Below are positions 1 through 7,043 of a DNA stretch of 25,125 nucleotides, in pieces. The notes beneath the pieces are model-generated. The model was given only the letters and a program-made list of their open reading frames with translations. It searched no databases and was not told where the DNA came from. The stretch is from a virus (lineage: Duplodnaviria; Caudoviricetes). A program made the translations under genes and the position numbers. Numbering within the stretch: the first letter of the stretch is position 1; each line of letters begins with the position of its first letter. Location of the stretch: IMG/VR virus record IMGVR_UViG_3300016649_000566, positions 1-25,125 of that record; one strand, given 5' to 3'.

Positions 1-900
1 TCACACGCCGCGAGGATAGAAGTTGACCAAGAGCCGGTAATCAGGAAAAAGCGCGGCATAAAACTCATCCGTTAGTACGAGCTTTGCAATCACCTCTGTC
101 GCATCCGTGTAACCAGCTTTTTTAAGGGCAGGCATTATTTCGTCGGTTATTTCAACTAGCCGACGCTCCAAGCATTCAAGACGATCATGCTCGACGTCCA
201 TTTGGATAACTGAGAATAAGTTGTGGCCCGACGCAACCGTGCCGCCTCCTATCGGGCCATATGTGGTCTCATCCTTGGTAAGAAAAAAGGTATTTGTGTG
301 GACTTTCCTCAGCGCCGCTCGCTCCTCATCGGTGAGCGTTGACCCCTTTACGCCATGCATCACCCAACGAGCAACTGACTCGGGCCAGTTGCGATGAACG
401 GTTTCCACGATGCCGCCGTTAGTCCAGGACGAATGATCGTAAACATCTATCGCATAAAAATATTCGTCAGTGATCCTAGCGAAAAGCAGAGGGCCCGCTC
501 TTTCAACGAAGCCGTTTTCGATCCGAGTTCCAAGATGTAGGTGATACACCCCCCAGTCGTTCAACATCAGGTCTGTTTTTTTCGTTTTTTCGATGAGCTT
601 GCTCAAGTGTGGGATTAGATCTAGCCCATCTTTCACTTTTTGCTGAATTAGCTCCCAGCCCGCTTGATGTTCAGCGGGGCAATGAAAGGTATCCGATATT
701 AGTAGCGTCCTAGGCCTGGAGGATATGCGCCTTTGCGCTGCGTTGAAGTAATGAACGGGGATGTCTGTTGTGAGTCCTTTCGTCTCCATACCCCAATCAT
801 TGCTCATGATTTCTATGAGTGTGTCGTGCCAGTCTGCTTTGAAGTCCATGATAAATTTCATCGAGGCGCCCTCTGGTTTGTGTAATTCGGCTTCAATCAC
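1..900 (-). CDS. Hypothetical protein (299 aa from GTG 900, or 286 aa from ATG 861); accessory cargo
   Basis: Long ORF with a globular-looking sequence containing DLMLNDWGVYHLHLG. GTG 900 overlaps the stop of 897..1265 (GTGA); ATG 861 has an upstream GAGG. Confidence 0.8.
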   Translation of the reverse strand: MIEAELHKPEGASMKFIMDFKADWHDTLIEIMSNDWGMETKGLTTDIPVHYFNAAQRRISSRPRTLLISDTFHCPAEHQAGWELIQQKVKDGLDLIPHLSKLIEKTKKTDLMLNDWGVYHLHLGTRIENGFVERAGPLLFARITDEYFYAIDVYDHSSWTNGGIVETVHRNWPESVARWVMHGVKGSTLTDEERAALRKVHTNTFFLTKDETTYGPIGGGTVASGHNLFSVIQMDVEHDRLECLERRLVEITDEIMPALKKAGYTDATEVIAKLVLTDEFYAALFPDYRLLVNFYPRGV

Positions 901-1265
901 GAACGTTTTTTCCCTCTCACGAGGTCGAGCACTCTCTGGAATTCTTCTTTCGATTTCGCATGAGGATCTGGCGCTCCTGCAGTGTTTGATTTACTGGAGG
1001 TGACCTGTGGCCTCTTCAGCGCCGCATGCGGCTTAGACGGCAATGCATTTTGGGATGGCGCGCGCTTATCAATCGAGTGAGCAGCAATGTATGCGTCTGC
1101 CCATGCGTCCAGCTCTAGTCGGTCAAACCCTACGCCCTGTTTGCCGATGGGGAACTCGCGGACGTGTGGCCTCACGGTTTCATTGAACACGGCTCGACAC
1201 ATGCCCAGATATTTCGGAGCCTCATGGGCTCGGAGGATTCGAGGTAGTAGTGACTGCATAACCAT
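897..1265 (-). CDS. Putative excisionase/RDF-like winged-HTH protein (122 aa)
   Basis: PRILRAHEAPKYLGMCRAVFNETVRP...FDRLELDAW follows the Xis/AlpA pattern (A..YLG.S...F, then F...EL..W). It resembles small proteins found next to Pseudomonas prophage integrases. AAGGAG RBS precedes ATG 1265. Confidence 0.7.
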   Translation of the reverse strand: MVMQSLLPRILRAHEAPKYLGMCRAVFNETVRPHVREFPIGKQGVGFDRLELDAWADAYIAAHSIDKRAPSQNALPSKPHAALKRPQVTSSKSNTAGAPDPHAKSKEEFQRVLDLVRGKKRS

Positions 1266-1423
1266 TGTCGCTCCTTGTTCATTTGACTGAGGGGGATCGC
1301 ATTGGATGGCGTCAGTTACAGCGCTGCCAGCTTGGCAGACCGACCGATAAGCACTTGTCGCCGATTCCTTTATTACGACTGCGCTTGCGAAGGGCCAGGA
1401 GTAGAGCAGGAGGCATGAGGGGC

Positions 1424-1482
1424 CGGAAAAATATCCGACCCACCTCGGAAAAATATCCGATCAGGGTCGGAAAACTTTCCGG
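1424..1482. repeat. Three quasi-palindromic CGGA-N6-TCCG boxes at exact 22-bp period
   Basis: CGGAAAAATATCCGA at 1424 and 1446, CGGAAAACTTTCCGG at 1468; a degenerate fourth copy lies near 1489-1503. Intergenic. Confidence 0.85.
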
Positions 1483-1507
1483 TCTGGATCGAAAGTAATC
1501 CGTAAGG

Positions 1508-2014
1508 TCATACCAGTTTGTGAATGATCTTGCCCGTGCCTTGAGTTGCCTGTTTCCGGCGAGCCGGTTTCTTACCTGGGCTCCTTGCAAGCTCGACAAA
1601 CGGCGGCCAATGTCCCTCAAGGAAGGCCTCATAACGCTTCATGCTGTACATCACTCGACCATCCACCTTTCTCCAGATATCCCCCGGGATTGATCCATTA
1701 GAGCGCCTCCCTTCTAGGGCGCGTTGTGTGACACCTAAAAGCTCGGCCATAAGGCTTTCCGTGACCTTGTCCCAGTTGTCCGTTATCTCGACGAGGCTTG
1801 GCATAGGCGTGATCGGTAGTTCGGGGTCAGGTGTAGCCTGGTCAAGTTTGTTGAGTAGTGTTTGCCGAGCAACCTTGGGCATGCCATCGCCACCGAGGAT
1901 GAACGGAATTCCATTTGCTCGCAGCCATCGGGCCTGGATAGACGGACGAGCATTCCCTGTCAGTTCGACAATGTCCTGAGCGTTAATGAACATCGACTCG
2001 GAGGGGATATCCAT
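1508..2014 (-). CDS. Two-domain excisionase-like protein: DUF4224-like N-terminus fused to a second Xis-like HTH (168 aa)
   Basis: ATG 2014 has an AAGGA RBS. N-terminus MFINAQDIVELTGNARPSIQARWLRANGIPF...DGMPKVAR fits DUF4224. C-terminus DKVTESLMAELLGVTQRALEGRR...IWRKVDGRVMYSMKRYEAFL is a winged-HTH type seen beside prophage integrases. Confidence 0.7.
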   Translation of the reverse strand: MDIPSESMFINAQDIVELTGNARPSIQARWLRANGIPFILGGDGMPKVARQTLLNKLDQATPDPELPITPMPSLVEITDNWDKVTESLMAELLGVTQRALEGRRSNGSIPGDIWRKVDGRVMYSMKRYEAFLEGHWPPFVELARSPGKKPARRKQATQGTGKIIHKLV

Positions 2015-2145
2015 ATTTTGATTCCTTAAGCGCCAGACGACCGCTGGTGGTTGCCTATGGCGGGGTTTGCGGCAATGAAATTGACTATTTCTGCTACTTT
2101 CCCGCGAGCAAATCAACCAGCCGGAAACGACTTGGAGAACCCTGC

Positions 2146-2340
2146 ATGTTCCTGACCCATGAGGAAGTGGCCGAACTCACAGGCTACGTTAAATCGAGCG
2201 CCCAAATTAAGTGGCTTAAGGCCGGGAGATATGGATTTGCCATTGATGGATACGGAAAACCAAAGGTACTGCGACAGGTAGTGATCGCCCGGCTCGGCGG
2301 TGCTGAGGAGAAGAGGCAACCGGAACTACGGTTTAAATAG
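2146..2340 (+). CDS. DUF4224-family protein, putative excisionase (64 aa)
   Basis: MFLTHEEVAELTGY...AQIKWLK...DGYGKPKVLR...PELR is the DUF4224 pattern. GGAG RBS at 2134-2137 precedes ATG 2146. Confidence 0.8.
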   Translation: MFLTHEEVAELTGYVKSSAQIKWLKAGRYGFAIDGYGKPKVLRQVVIARLGGAEEKRQPELRFK

Positions 2341-2385
2341 GGATAACGCCACAGTCAGGCAAGCAATATTGAGCGCGCTGACTCG

Positions 2386-2428
2386 GCATCGCATGCAAGG
2401 ACGGCGCATGTCGGCCAGCATGCGATGC
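2386..2428. repeat. Perfect 11-bp inverted repeat with GCATG motifs
   Basis: GCATCGCATGC (2386-2396) and GCATGCGATGC (2418-2428); the 21-nt spacer contains another CGCATG. Confidence 0.75.
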
Positions 2429-2474
2429 GACAAAGTGGCATCTAGTTGAGGCCGATCAAAGCGAGGAAATACCC

Positions 2475-2687
2475 GTGGAGCAAAAACGCACCGCCCTGGT
2501 GGGCAACGCCGAAGTAATCAAGATGCTAGGCATGCAAAGCGTGTCCGGCCTCAATAAGCTGCGGGTTCGCGACAAGACCTTCCCTGTACCGATCAAAACC
2601 AGCGATGCGCGGGGTGCTCGATGCCGCTTCGATCCGGTCGAGGTCGAACAGTGGATCGCCAACAAGAAGGCTGCTCGCAACCAGTAA
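2475..2687 (+). CDS. AlpA-family DNA-binding protein / RDF (70 aa)
   Basis: EVIKMLGMQSVSGLNKLRVRDKTFPVPIK...RFDPVEVEQWI carries the AlpA FP.P and E...WI signature. GTG start with GAGGA RBS. Confidence 0.8.
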   Translation: MEQKRTALVGNAEVIKMLGMQSVSGLNKLRVRDKTFPVPIKTSDARGARCRFDPVEVEQWIANKKAARNQ

Positions 2688-2710
2688 TGAGATGTGAGCA
2701 GCAATTGCCC

Positions 2711-2740
2711 TGTGACTATGTGTGACGCTGCGTGACATTG
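2711..2740. repeat. Three tandem 10-bp units YGTGACNNTG
   Basis: TGTGACTATG, TGTGACGCTG, CGTGACATTG, directly downstream of the AlpA-like gene. Confidence 0.7.
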
Positions 2741-2771
2741 GTATTATTCGCCTTTGTCGCCGGGGGAGCAC

Positions 2772-3035
2772 CTATTTTGCGTGATACGCCCACCAATCGT
2801 GGATCGAGACCATAGGTACTGCCGTTCTGTCGCGCCCGGTCACGTTAGTCCAGAACGTTAGCAGTCGGTCGCCTTCGGAGTGTCGAGGTTCAGCTCCCTG
2901 CTTCCAGCCGATCAACGTGGTTCGGGCCACCCCGATTGACTCTGCAATCGCCTGCATCGGAAGGCCTGCGCGTGATATTTCGTTGATCACTTGAAACCAA
3001 TCAATTGAGCGCGCCGGCGGCGCCCGACGGCTCAT
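2772..3035 (-). CDS. Small XRE/Cro-like HTH protein of phage type (87 aa)
   Basis: MQAIAESIGVARTTLIGWKQGAEP is a classical HTH; ATG at 3035. Confidence 0.75.
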   Translation of the reverse strand: MSRRAPPARSIDWFQVINEISRAGLPMQAIAESIGVARTTLIGWKQGAEPRHSEGDRLLTFWTNVTGRDRTAVPMVSIHDWWAYHAK

Positions 3036-3334
3036 CAATCACCCACAAACGCGCGCGCGCGCGAGGCAGACCGTTTGAGGTGCGATAAAAACGTCTTCAA
3101 ACGCTCACCTTTCATAAAAATATCTACTGGCTACATTGGCCGCAGGGCCAGGGCTGACTGCCACTAAGATGCTTGCCGAGAGCTTACGTTTCCTCATCTG
3201 CCGAGGTGAGGGTAAACGCGCAGGAGATGTAGGCATTTGGTTGACAAAAAAAGAAATCTGCAATCTTTTCAGGTTGACAGATCCTGTTATCTGCCAGATT
3301 ATTCTCGGAAACCAGACCCAGCAGGCTTTCCTCC

Positions 3335-3925
3335 ATGGCTATAAAGAAACCCTCACATTTCAGCCCGGACTTATCTAATGAGCGTCTCGAGGTCATCGCT
3401 CGGGCTTTGCTGGACATTCGTCACACGACGATCCGTGAACTAAATTCAAAATATGATTCGAATTATAGCCGTGAAGGGACTGCGTTTGAGCGATCTCGCA
3501 ACCTGTTGATAGATATGTGTCTAGAGAAAGGGCATGACTGGTTACGCTTGGCCAGTTCCGCGATGGATGTGACCTTTCGTATTGGTAGCATTCCGTGCAG
3601 GTTTTTCAGGGATGATCCCGAGTCGCCCAAGAAAAGAGGGTTCTTCAAACGAAATCTGGTCGATAACCTCTTCGCGACTGATGAGGGCGAGCCAGTCATG
3701 TGGCGATTCGTTGTAGAACGTGCGGAGACTGACGAGGATGAGGATCGTGTTCATTTGATAGGTTTTAACGCCTTTCAAGAGAAAGTATCGCAGTGGACTT
3801 TTGGTGATTCGATTCGTTCTCTTCACTCTGTGGATAAAGAAGTTCCTGTGGCTAAAAGCTTGCGGCCTGCTGCTGTCGGCTTGCTTGATGATGAAGCTGC
3901 TAGTGATGAAGCGGTTAGTGAGTAA
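3335..3925 (+). CDS. Hypothetical protein, putative toxin partner of the HTH-metallopeptidase (RmrT-like), 196 aa
   Basis: ORF ends 3 nt before the HTH-ImmA/IrrE gene; both lie in a visibly more AT-rich block. The toxin role is inferred from gene context only. Confidence 0.6.
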   Translation: MAIKKPSHFSPDLSNERLEVIARALLDIRHTTIRELNSKYDSNYSREGTAFERSRNLLIDMCLEKGHDWLRLASSAMDVTFRIGSIPCRFFRDDPESPKKRGFFKRNLVDNLFATDEGEPVMWRFVVERAETDEDEDRVHLIGFNAFQEKVSQWTFGDSIRSLHSVDKEVPVAKSLRPAAVGLLDDEAASDEAVSE

Positions 3926-3928
3926 TTG

Positions 3929-5029
3929 ATGAGCGCAATTTTTGATGGAGCCTCCCTTCGGCTAGCTAGAATATTCAATGCCATGGCTCTGGAAGAGGTT
4001 GCCGAGCAAGTAGGGAAAACTCGGCAATACCTACATAAGTTAGAAACAAATCAGAGTTCCCCCACTGATGCGTTGTCGCAAGACCTAGCTGATGCGTTGA
4101 ACGTCGAAGTTGGCTTTTTTTCGTCCAGGCAGCACAGATTGCATGAAGATCAGTTTCATTTTAGAAAACTGATGAGCACCACGAAAACGATAAAGCAGGT
4201 TGCAATTGCTCGCGGTGAGGTAACAAACCTCTTTATCAAGGCGTTAGAAAAAGAGCTTCGACTACCTACGGTAAATATTCCCAGCATCCCAGAAATTCAC
4301 AGCACCGACTGTATCGAAAAAGCTGCTGAAGCATGTAGACAACAATGGGATCTTGGGCTCGGGCCGATTGAGAATATGACGCGTCTGGCCGAAAATCTGG
4401 GTGCAATCGTGATGTCTTTCGATGGTATCTCTCAAGAGATTGATGCTTTATCGGTAGCGGTTGAGCGGCCTTTTATTGTGCGGAACACTGCCAAGGAAAG
4501 TAATAGCAGACAACGTTTTGATCTAGCTCATGAGTTGGGCCACCTAGTTATGCACGAAGGCGTTGTTACAGGTGATAGGTTAACCGAGAATCAAGCGAAC
4601 AGATTCGCTAGCTCATTTCTTGTTCCTCGTAGCATGATGATAAAGCTGTTCCCTAGACCTACAGGTACGCGACTGGATTGGAAGGGGATAAGGGAGTTTA
4701 AACAAACTTGGAAGGTGAGTAAGGCCGCTATTTTGTATCGCGCTAGACAGCTCGAGTTGATCTCAGATGCACAGTATAGAACTGGCGTGATTACTCTGAA
4801 GAAGCATGAAGGAACACATGAGAAAGATGATTATCTAATCCCTTCAGAGCCGCCTGAAATAATTGGCGCCTCCCTCAATCTTCTAGCTAAACGTAAAGGG
4901 ATACAGCTTTCTGATATTGCTACCATACTTCAGGTCAAGCCTGAGTTTTTAAAAGAGCTTCTCGGCACTGGATATGAAAATCACTATGCGGTTACTCCTA
5001 TCGGGGGGCATCTCCGCTTGGTGAAATAG
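3929..5029 (+). CDS. XRE-HTH + ImmA/IrrE (peptidase M78/DUF955) zinc metallopeptidase, RmrA-like antitoxin (366 aa)
   Basis: N-terminal HTH LRLARIFNAMALEEVAEQVGKTRQYLHKLE; RQRFDLAHELGHLVMH (HExxH) followed by ENQANRFA. Confidence 0.9.
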   Translation: MSAIFDGASLRLARIFNAMALEEVAEQVGKTRQYLHKLETNQSSPTDALSQDLADALNVEVGFFSSRQHRLHEDQFHFRKLMSTTKTIKQVAIARGEVTNLFIKALEKELRLPTVNIPSIPEIHSTDCIEKAAEACRQQWDLGLGPIENMTRLAENLGAIVMSFDGISQEIDALSVAVERPFIVRNTAKESNSRQRFDLAHELGHLVMHEGVVTGDRLTENQANRFASSFLVPRSMMIKLFPRPTGTRLDWKGIREFKQTWKVSKAAILYRARQLELISDAQYRTGVITLKKHEGTHEKDDYLIPSEPPEIIGASLNLLAKRKGIQLSDIATILQVKPEFLKELLGTGYENHYAVTPIGGHLRLVK

Positions 5030-5053
5030 CCAAGGTGGTTCCCTTTTAATTTG

Positions 5054-5078
5054 AGCCTGGCCTTGAGCCGGGCTTTTT
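5054..5078 (+). terminator. Rho-independent terminator between the convergent peptidase and relaxase genes
   Basis: Stem AGCCTGGC / GCCGGGCT (one G-U pair), loop CTTGA, then a T run. Confidence 0.7.
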
Positions 5079-5079
5079 A

Positions 5080-6048
5080 TTATCGAAATGCCGGGTCTGC
5101 GCTATCCAAGGTACTTAGGGAGCTGGCAGGTATGTTTCTACAGATCCGCTGTAGTTTTGCTTCTAGGATATCAGCCCGACCCCTCTCCCTGTCTGCTATC
5201 AGACCCGCTTGCTGCAACGCATAATCAACCTCTGCTAACTGATTAATCCGTTTTTCTAACGCAACCTCACGACCATCGAGTTCACGCTGAAGGAGTTCGA
5301 GTTGTGTCTTTTGTCGCATGAGTGCAGTCCGCCGATTCTGTAGGGCCGCCTCAGCGGCACTTTGGAGCTTGACCTGTGTTACCGAAGCCTTAGCCCGAGC
5401 CAGTAACGCCGTATAACCCTGCGTATGTATGCCCATAGCGGCGGCCGCTAGGTCTGATCTGGCAATACTTGGTTCGACTGCAACGAGGGATTGGTAATAC
5501 CGGGAAACCTTCTGGTGAGGCGCTTTGGCCCCCTCAATACCACGAGACAGTCCGAAAGGCTTCCCACACCAATGATGGAAGTCGGTTTGCATCTTACGCA
5601 GCTTGGCGGGGCCTCCGAGGAAGTCACGGGCCGACAAGCGCCCGTCACGTGTTAGAGGTGTGACGTAAGCAACAAGATGCGGCGTTCTCTCGTCCAGGTG
5701 CACCTCGGCGCACACAATGTTTGCTGACCCATGACGCGCCTTGAGCCATGCCAAGGCTCGATCAAAGTAACCGCCGGTGTCAGGCATCGCCCCGCCATGT
5801 CTAGCAAACGCCTCAGGGCTTGCTGTAATCAAATATTCGATGCAGATCACCGCTCCCTTCCGTCGCTTTTGCGGAAGCCTGGCCAAGACTGCGCGACCCA
5901 GCTCGACGGCGCTTGTTGCACCAGCCATATGCATGCTGGGGGTGCTATCGGAGTTCGGCGTTGGCATCTCTCGGTATGTGTGCCGCCCCGATCCCAGTAC
6001 CCCTGTGATCGCTTTGAGCTTTTTTGTTCTTAGTATTGCGTACGGCAT
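5080..6048 (-). CDS. mobV: MOBV (Mob_Pre) family relaxase (322 aa)
   Basis: Starts MPYAILRTKKLK...HTYREMPTPN (motif I His), EYLITASPE (motif II), VHLDERTPHLVAY (motif III HxDExxPH), then LSARDFLG...MQTDF and a coiled-coil C-terminus. ATG 6048 is preferred over the track start at 6096. Confidence 0.92.
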   Translation of the reverse strand: MPYAILRTKKLKAITGVLGSGRHTYREMPTPNSDSTPSMHMAGATSAVELGRAVLARLPQKRRKGAVICIEYLITASPEAFARHGGAMPDTGGYFDRALAWLKARHGSANIVCAEVHLDERTPHLVAYVTPLTRDGRLSARDFLGGPAKLRKMQTDFHHWCGKPFGLSRGIEGAKAPHQKVSRYYQSLVAVEPSIARSDLAAAAMGIHTQGYTALLARAKASVTQVKLQSAAEAALQNRRTALMRQKTQLELLQRELDGREVALEKRINQLAEVDYALQQAGLIADRERGRADILEAKLQRICRNIPASSLSTLDSADPAFR

Positions 6049-6115
6049 ACCGGCCCCGTGCTGACGGTCTTTATCTTCAGCCTGCGGGTGGAGCAAAGAT
6101 CAGCGCAAGTCACCC

Positions 6116-6158
6116 CAAGCCTTCAGCTTGTGTACTCACTACACAAAGCACGCTTTGT
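6116..6158 (-). other. Putative MOBV oriT (pBBR1/pMV158-like)
   Basis: Minus strand reads ACAAAGC-GT-GCTTTGT (IR, 6143-6158), then G, TAGTGAGTA (6133-6141), CA, and a second hairpin CAAGC-TGAAG-GCTTG (6116-6130), ~70 bp upstream of mobV. This is the IR + TAGTGAGTA layout I recall for the pBBR1 oriT. Confidence 0.75.
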
Positions 6159-6319
6159 TGTTCGCCACGTGCCGTGGAAGGTCATTGGAGCAGGTGCGCG
6201 CGTCTGTGGCCGGCTATCAGGCTTCCCGGTCTTCTGATGCCAATGCGGAGCATCCTTGTCAGCGGCTCGGTGTTGGCACCGATTGCCATCATTCAGACAT
6301 TCGATATATGGAGAAAACG

Positions 6320-6580
6320 ATGAGCAACGTATCCGATGAGCAACCAATCGAATTCATCCGCTTGCGGGAAGTGAAAAGACTCACTGGCCTCAGTACAGCC
6401 ACCATTTACCGCATGGCAGTCAGCGAGACTTTCCCGAAACAGGTGAAACTCGGAACAAAGGCGGTGGCGTGGATCAAATCCGAGGTGCTGGATTGGAGCC
6501 GTGAGCAAGTCAAACGCTCCCGTGGGCATGATCTGCCTCCTGCTCCTAATGATCAGCAACCGATGAGCAACCAAGGCTAG
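6320..6580 (+). CDS. alpA: AlpA-family transcriptional regulator / RDF (86 aa)
   Basis: FIRLREVKRLTGLSTATIYRM...FPKQVKLGTKAVAWIKSEVLDW is canonical AlpA. GGAG RBS precedes ATG 6320. Confidence 0.9.
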   Translation: MSNVSDEQPIEFIRLREVKRLTGLSTATIYRMAVSETFPKQVKLGTKAVAWIKSEVLDWSREQVKRSRGHDLPPAPNDQQPMSNQG

Positions 6581-6657
6581 TTAGCGTTGGAGTGCGCGAC
6601 CTTTGGGCTTCTGCGGTTGGAATTGCTACGGAAACTGTGGGATTAGCAACCAACGGT

Positions 6658-6730
6658 CGTTGAACGCTCGTTGACGCTGTGTTGCAACGAACTTGCATCG
6701 CCGTTACATGAAACGTTACTGCTTCGTTAC
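6658..6730. repeat. Helically phased array of CGTTRM-like hexamers (~11-bp period)
   Basis: CGTTGA 6658 and 6669; TGTTGC 6680; ACTTGC 6691 (degenerate); CGTTAC 6702, 6714 and 6725. Confidence 0.6.
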
Positions 6731-6747
6731 AACTGGCTGCAGCAAGC

Positions 6748-6776
6748 AAAAGACCCGCATCAGCGGGTCTTCTTTT
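6748..6776. terminator. Bidirectional Rho-independent terminator ending the long leftward operon
   Basis: Stem AAGACCCGC (6750-6758), loop ATCA, GCGGGTCTT (6763-6771), with an A run on the left and a T run on the right; just after the stop at 6790. Confidence 0.8.
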
Positions 6777-6789
6777 CTGCGTCATCAGG

Positions 6790-7041
6790 TTACTTTTTCA
6801 ACTCAGCGATCTTTTGGCGCTCTTCCAAAGCCTTTCGCTCCAGGTAAAGGGACAAGAGCCCCTGACCGTTTGATTGACCAGCGTGGCTTCGCAAAAGCAC
6901 CAGGTTGAACAATGGGGCGAGCACTAGCAGCACAACCAAAGCAATCTGCCACCCTCCACTCGGCATCCCTTCTTCGCTGATTAGGAATACCACCACCCCG
7001 ATCAGGGCCAGATTCAAAACGATACCGAGCAGTCGCATCAT
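6790..7041 (-). CDS. Small two-TM membrane protein (83 aa)
   Basis: Two hydrophobic stretches (LLGIVLNLALIGVVVFLI; IALVVLLVLAPLFNLVLL) and a charged C-tail; starts 2 nt after the stop of the 2037-aa gene. Confidence 0.75.
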   Translation of the reverse strand: MMRLLGIVLNLALIGVVVFLISEEGMPSGGWQIALVVLLVLAPLFNLVLLRSHAGQSNGQGLLSLYLERKALEERQKIAELKK

Positions 7042-7043
7042 GG

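Noticed and set aside
1424-1503. Mini-CRISPR
   Set aside because: 15-bp units separated by only 7 nt fit operators or iterons, not repeat-spacer units.
897-3038. Integron cassette array
   Set aside because: Genes are in mixed orientation, no convincing RYYYAAC...GTTRRRY attC structures are present, and the integrase is P4-type rather than IntI.
3241-3305. Sigma70 promoter from two TTGACA hexamers (3241, 3274) upstream of the toxin-peptidase pair
   Set aside because: Neither has a good -10 box at 16-18 bp spacing; plausible but not supportable as a feature.
6128-6319. N-terminal extension of AlpA in the ORF track (likewise the track extensions at 2047, 2116, 6096, 15370 and 19257)
   Set aside because: Downstream ATGs coincide with family N-termini and mostly have clear RBS or stop-start coupling; the extensions overlap oriT or neighbouring genes.
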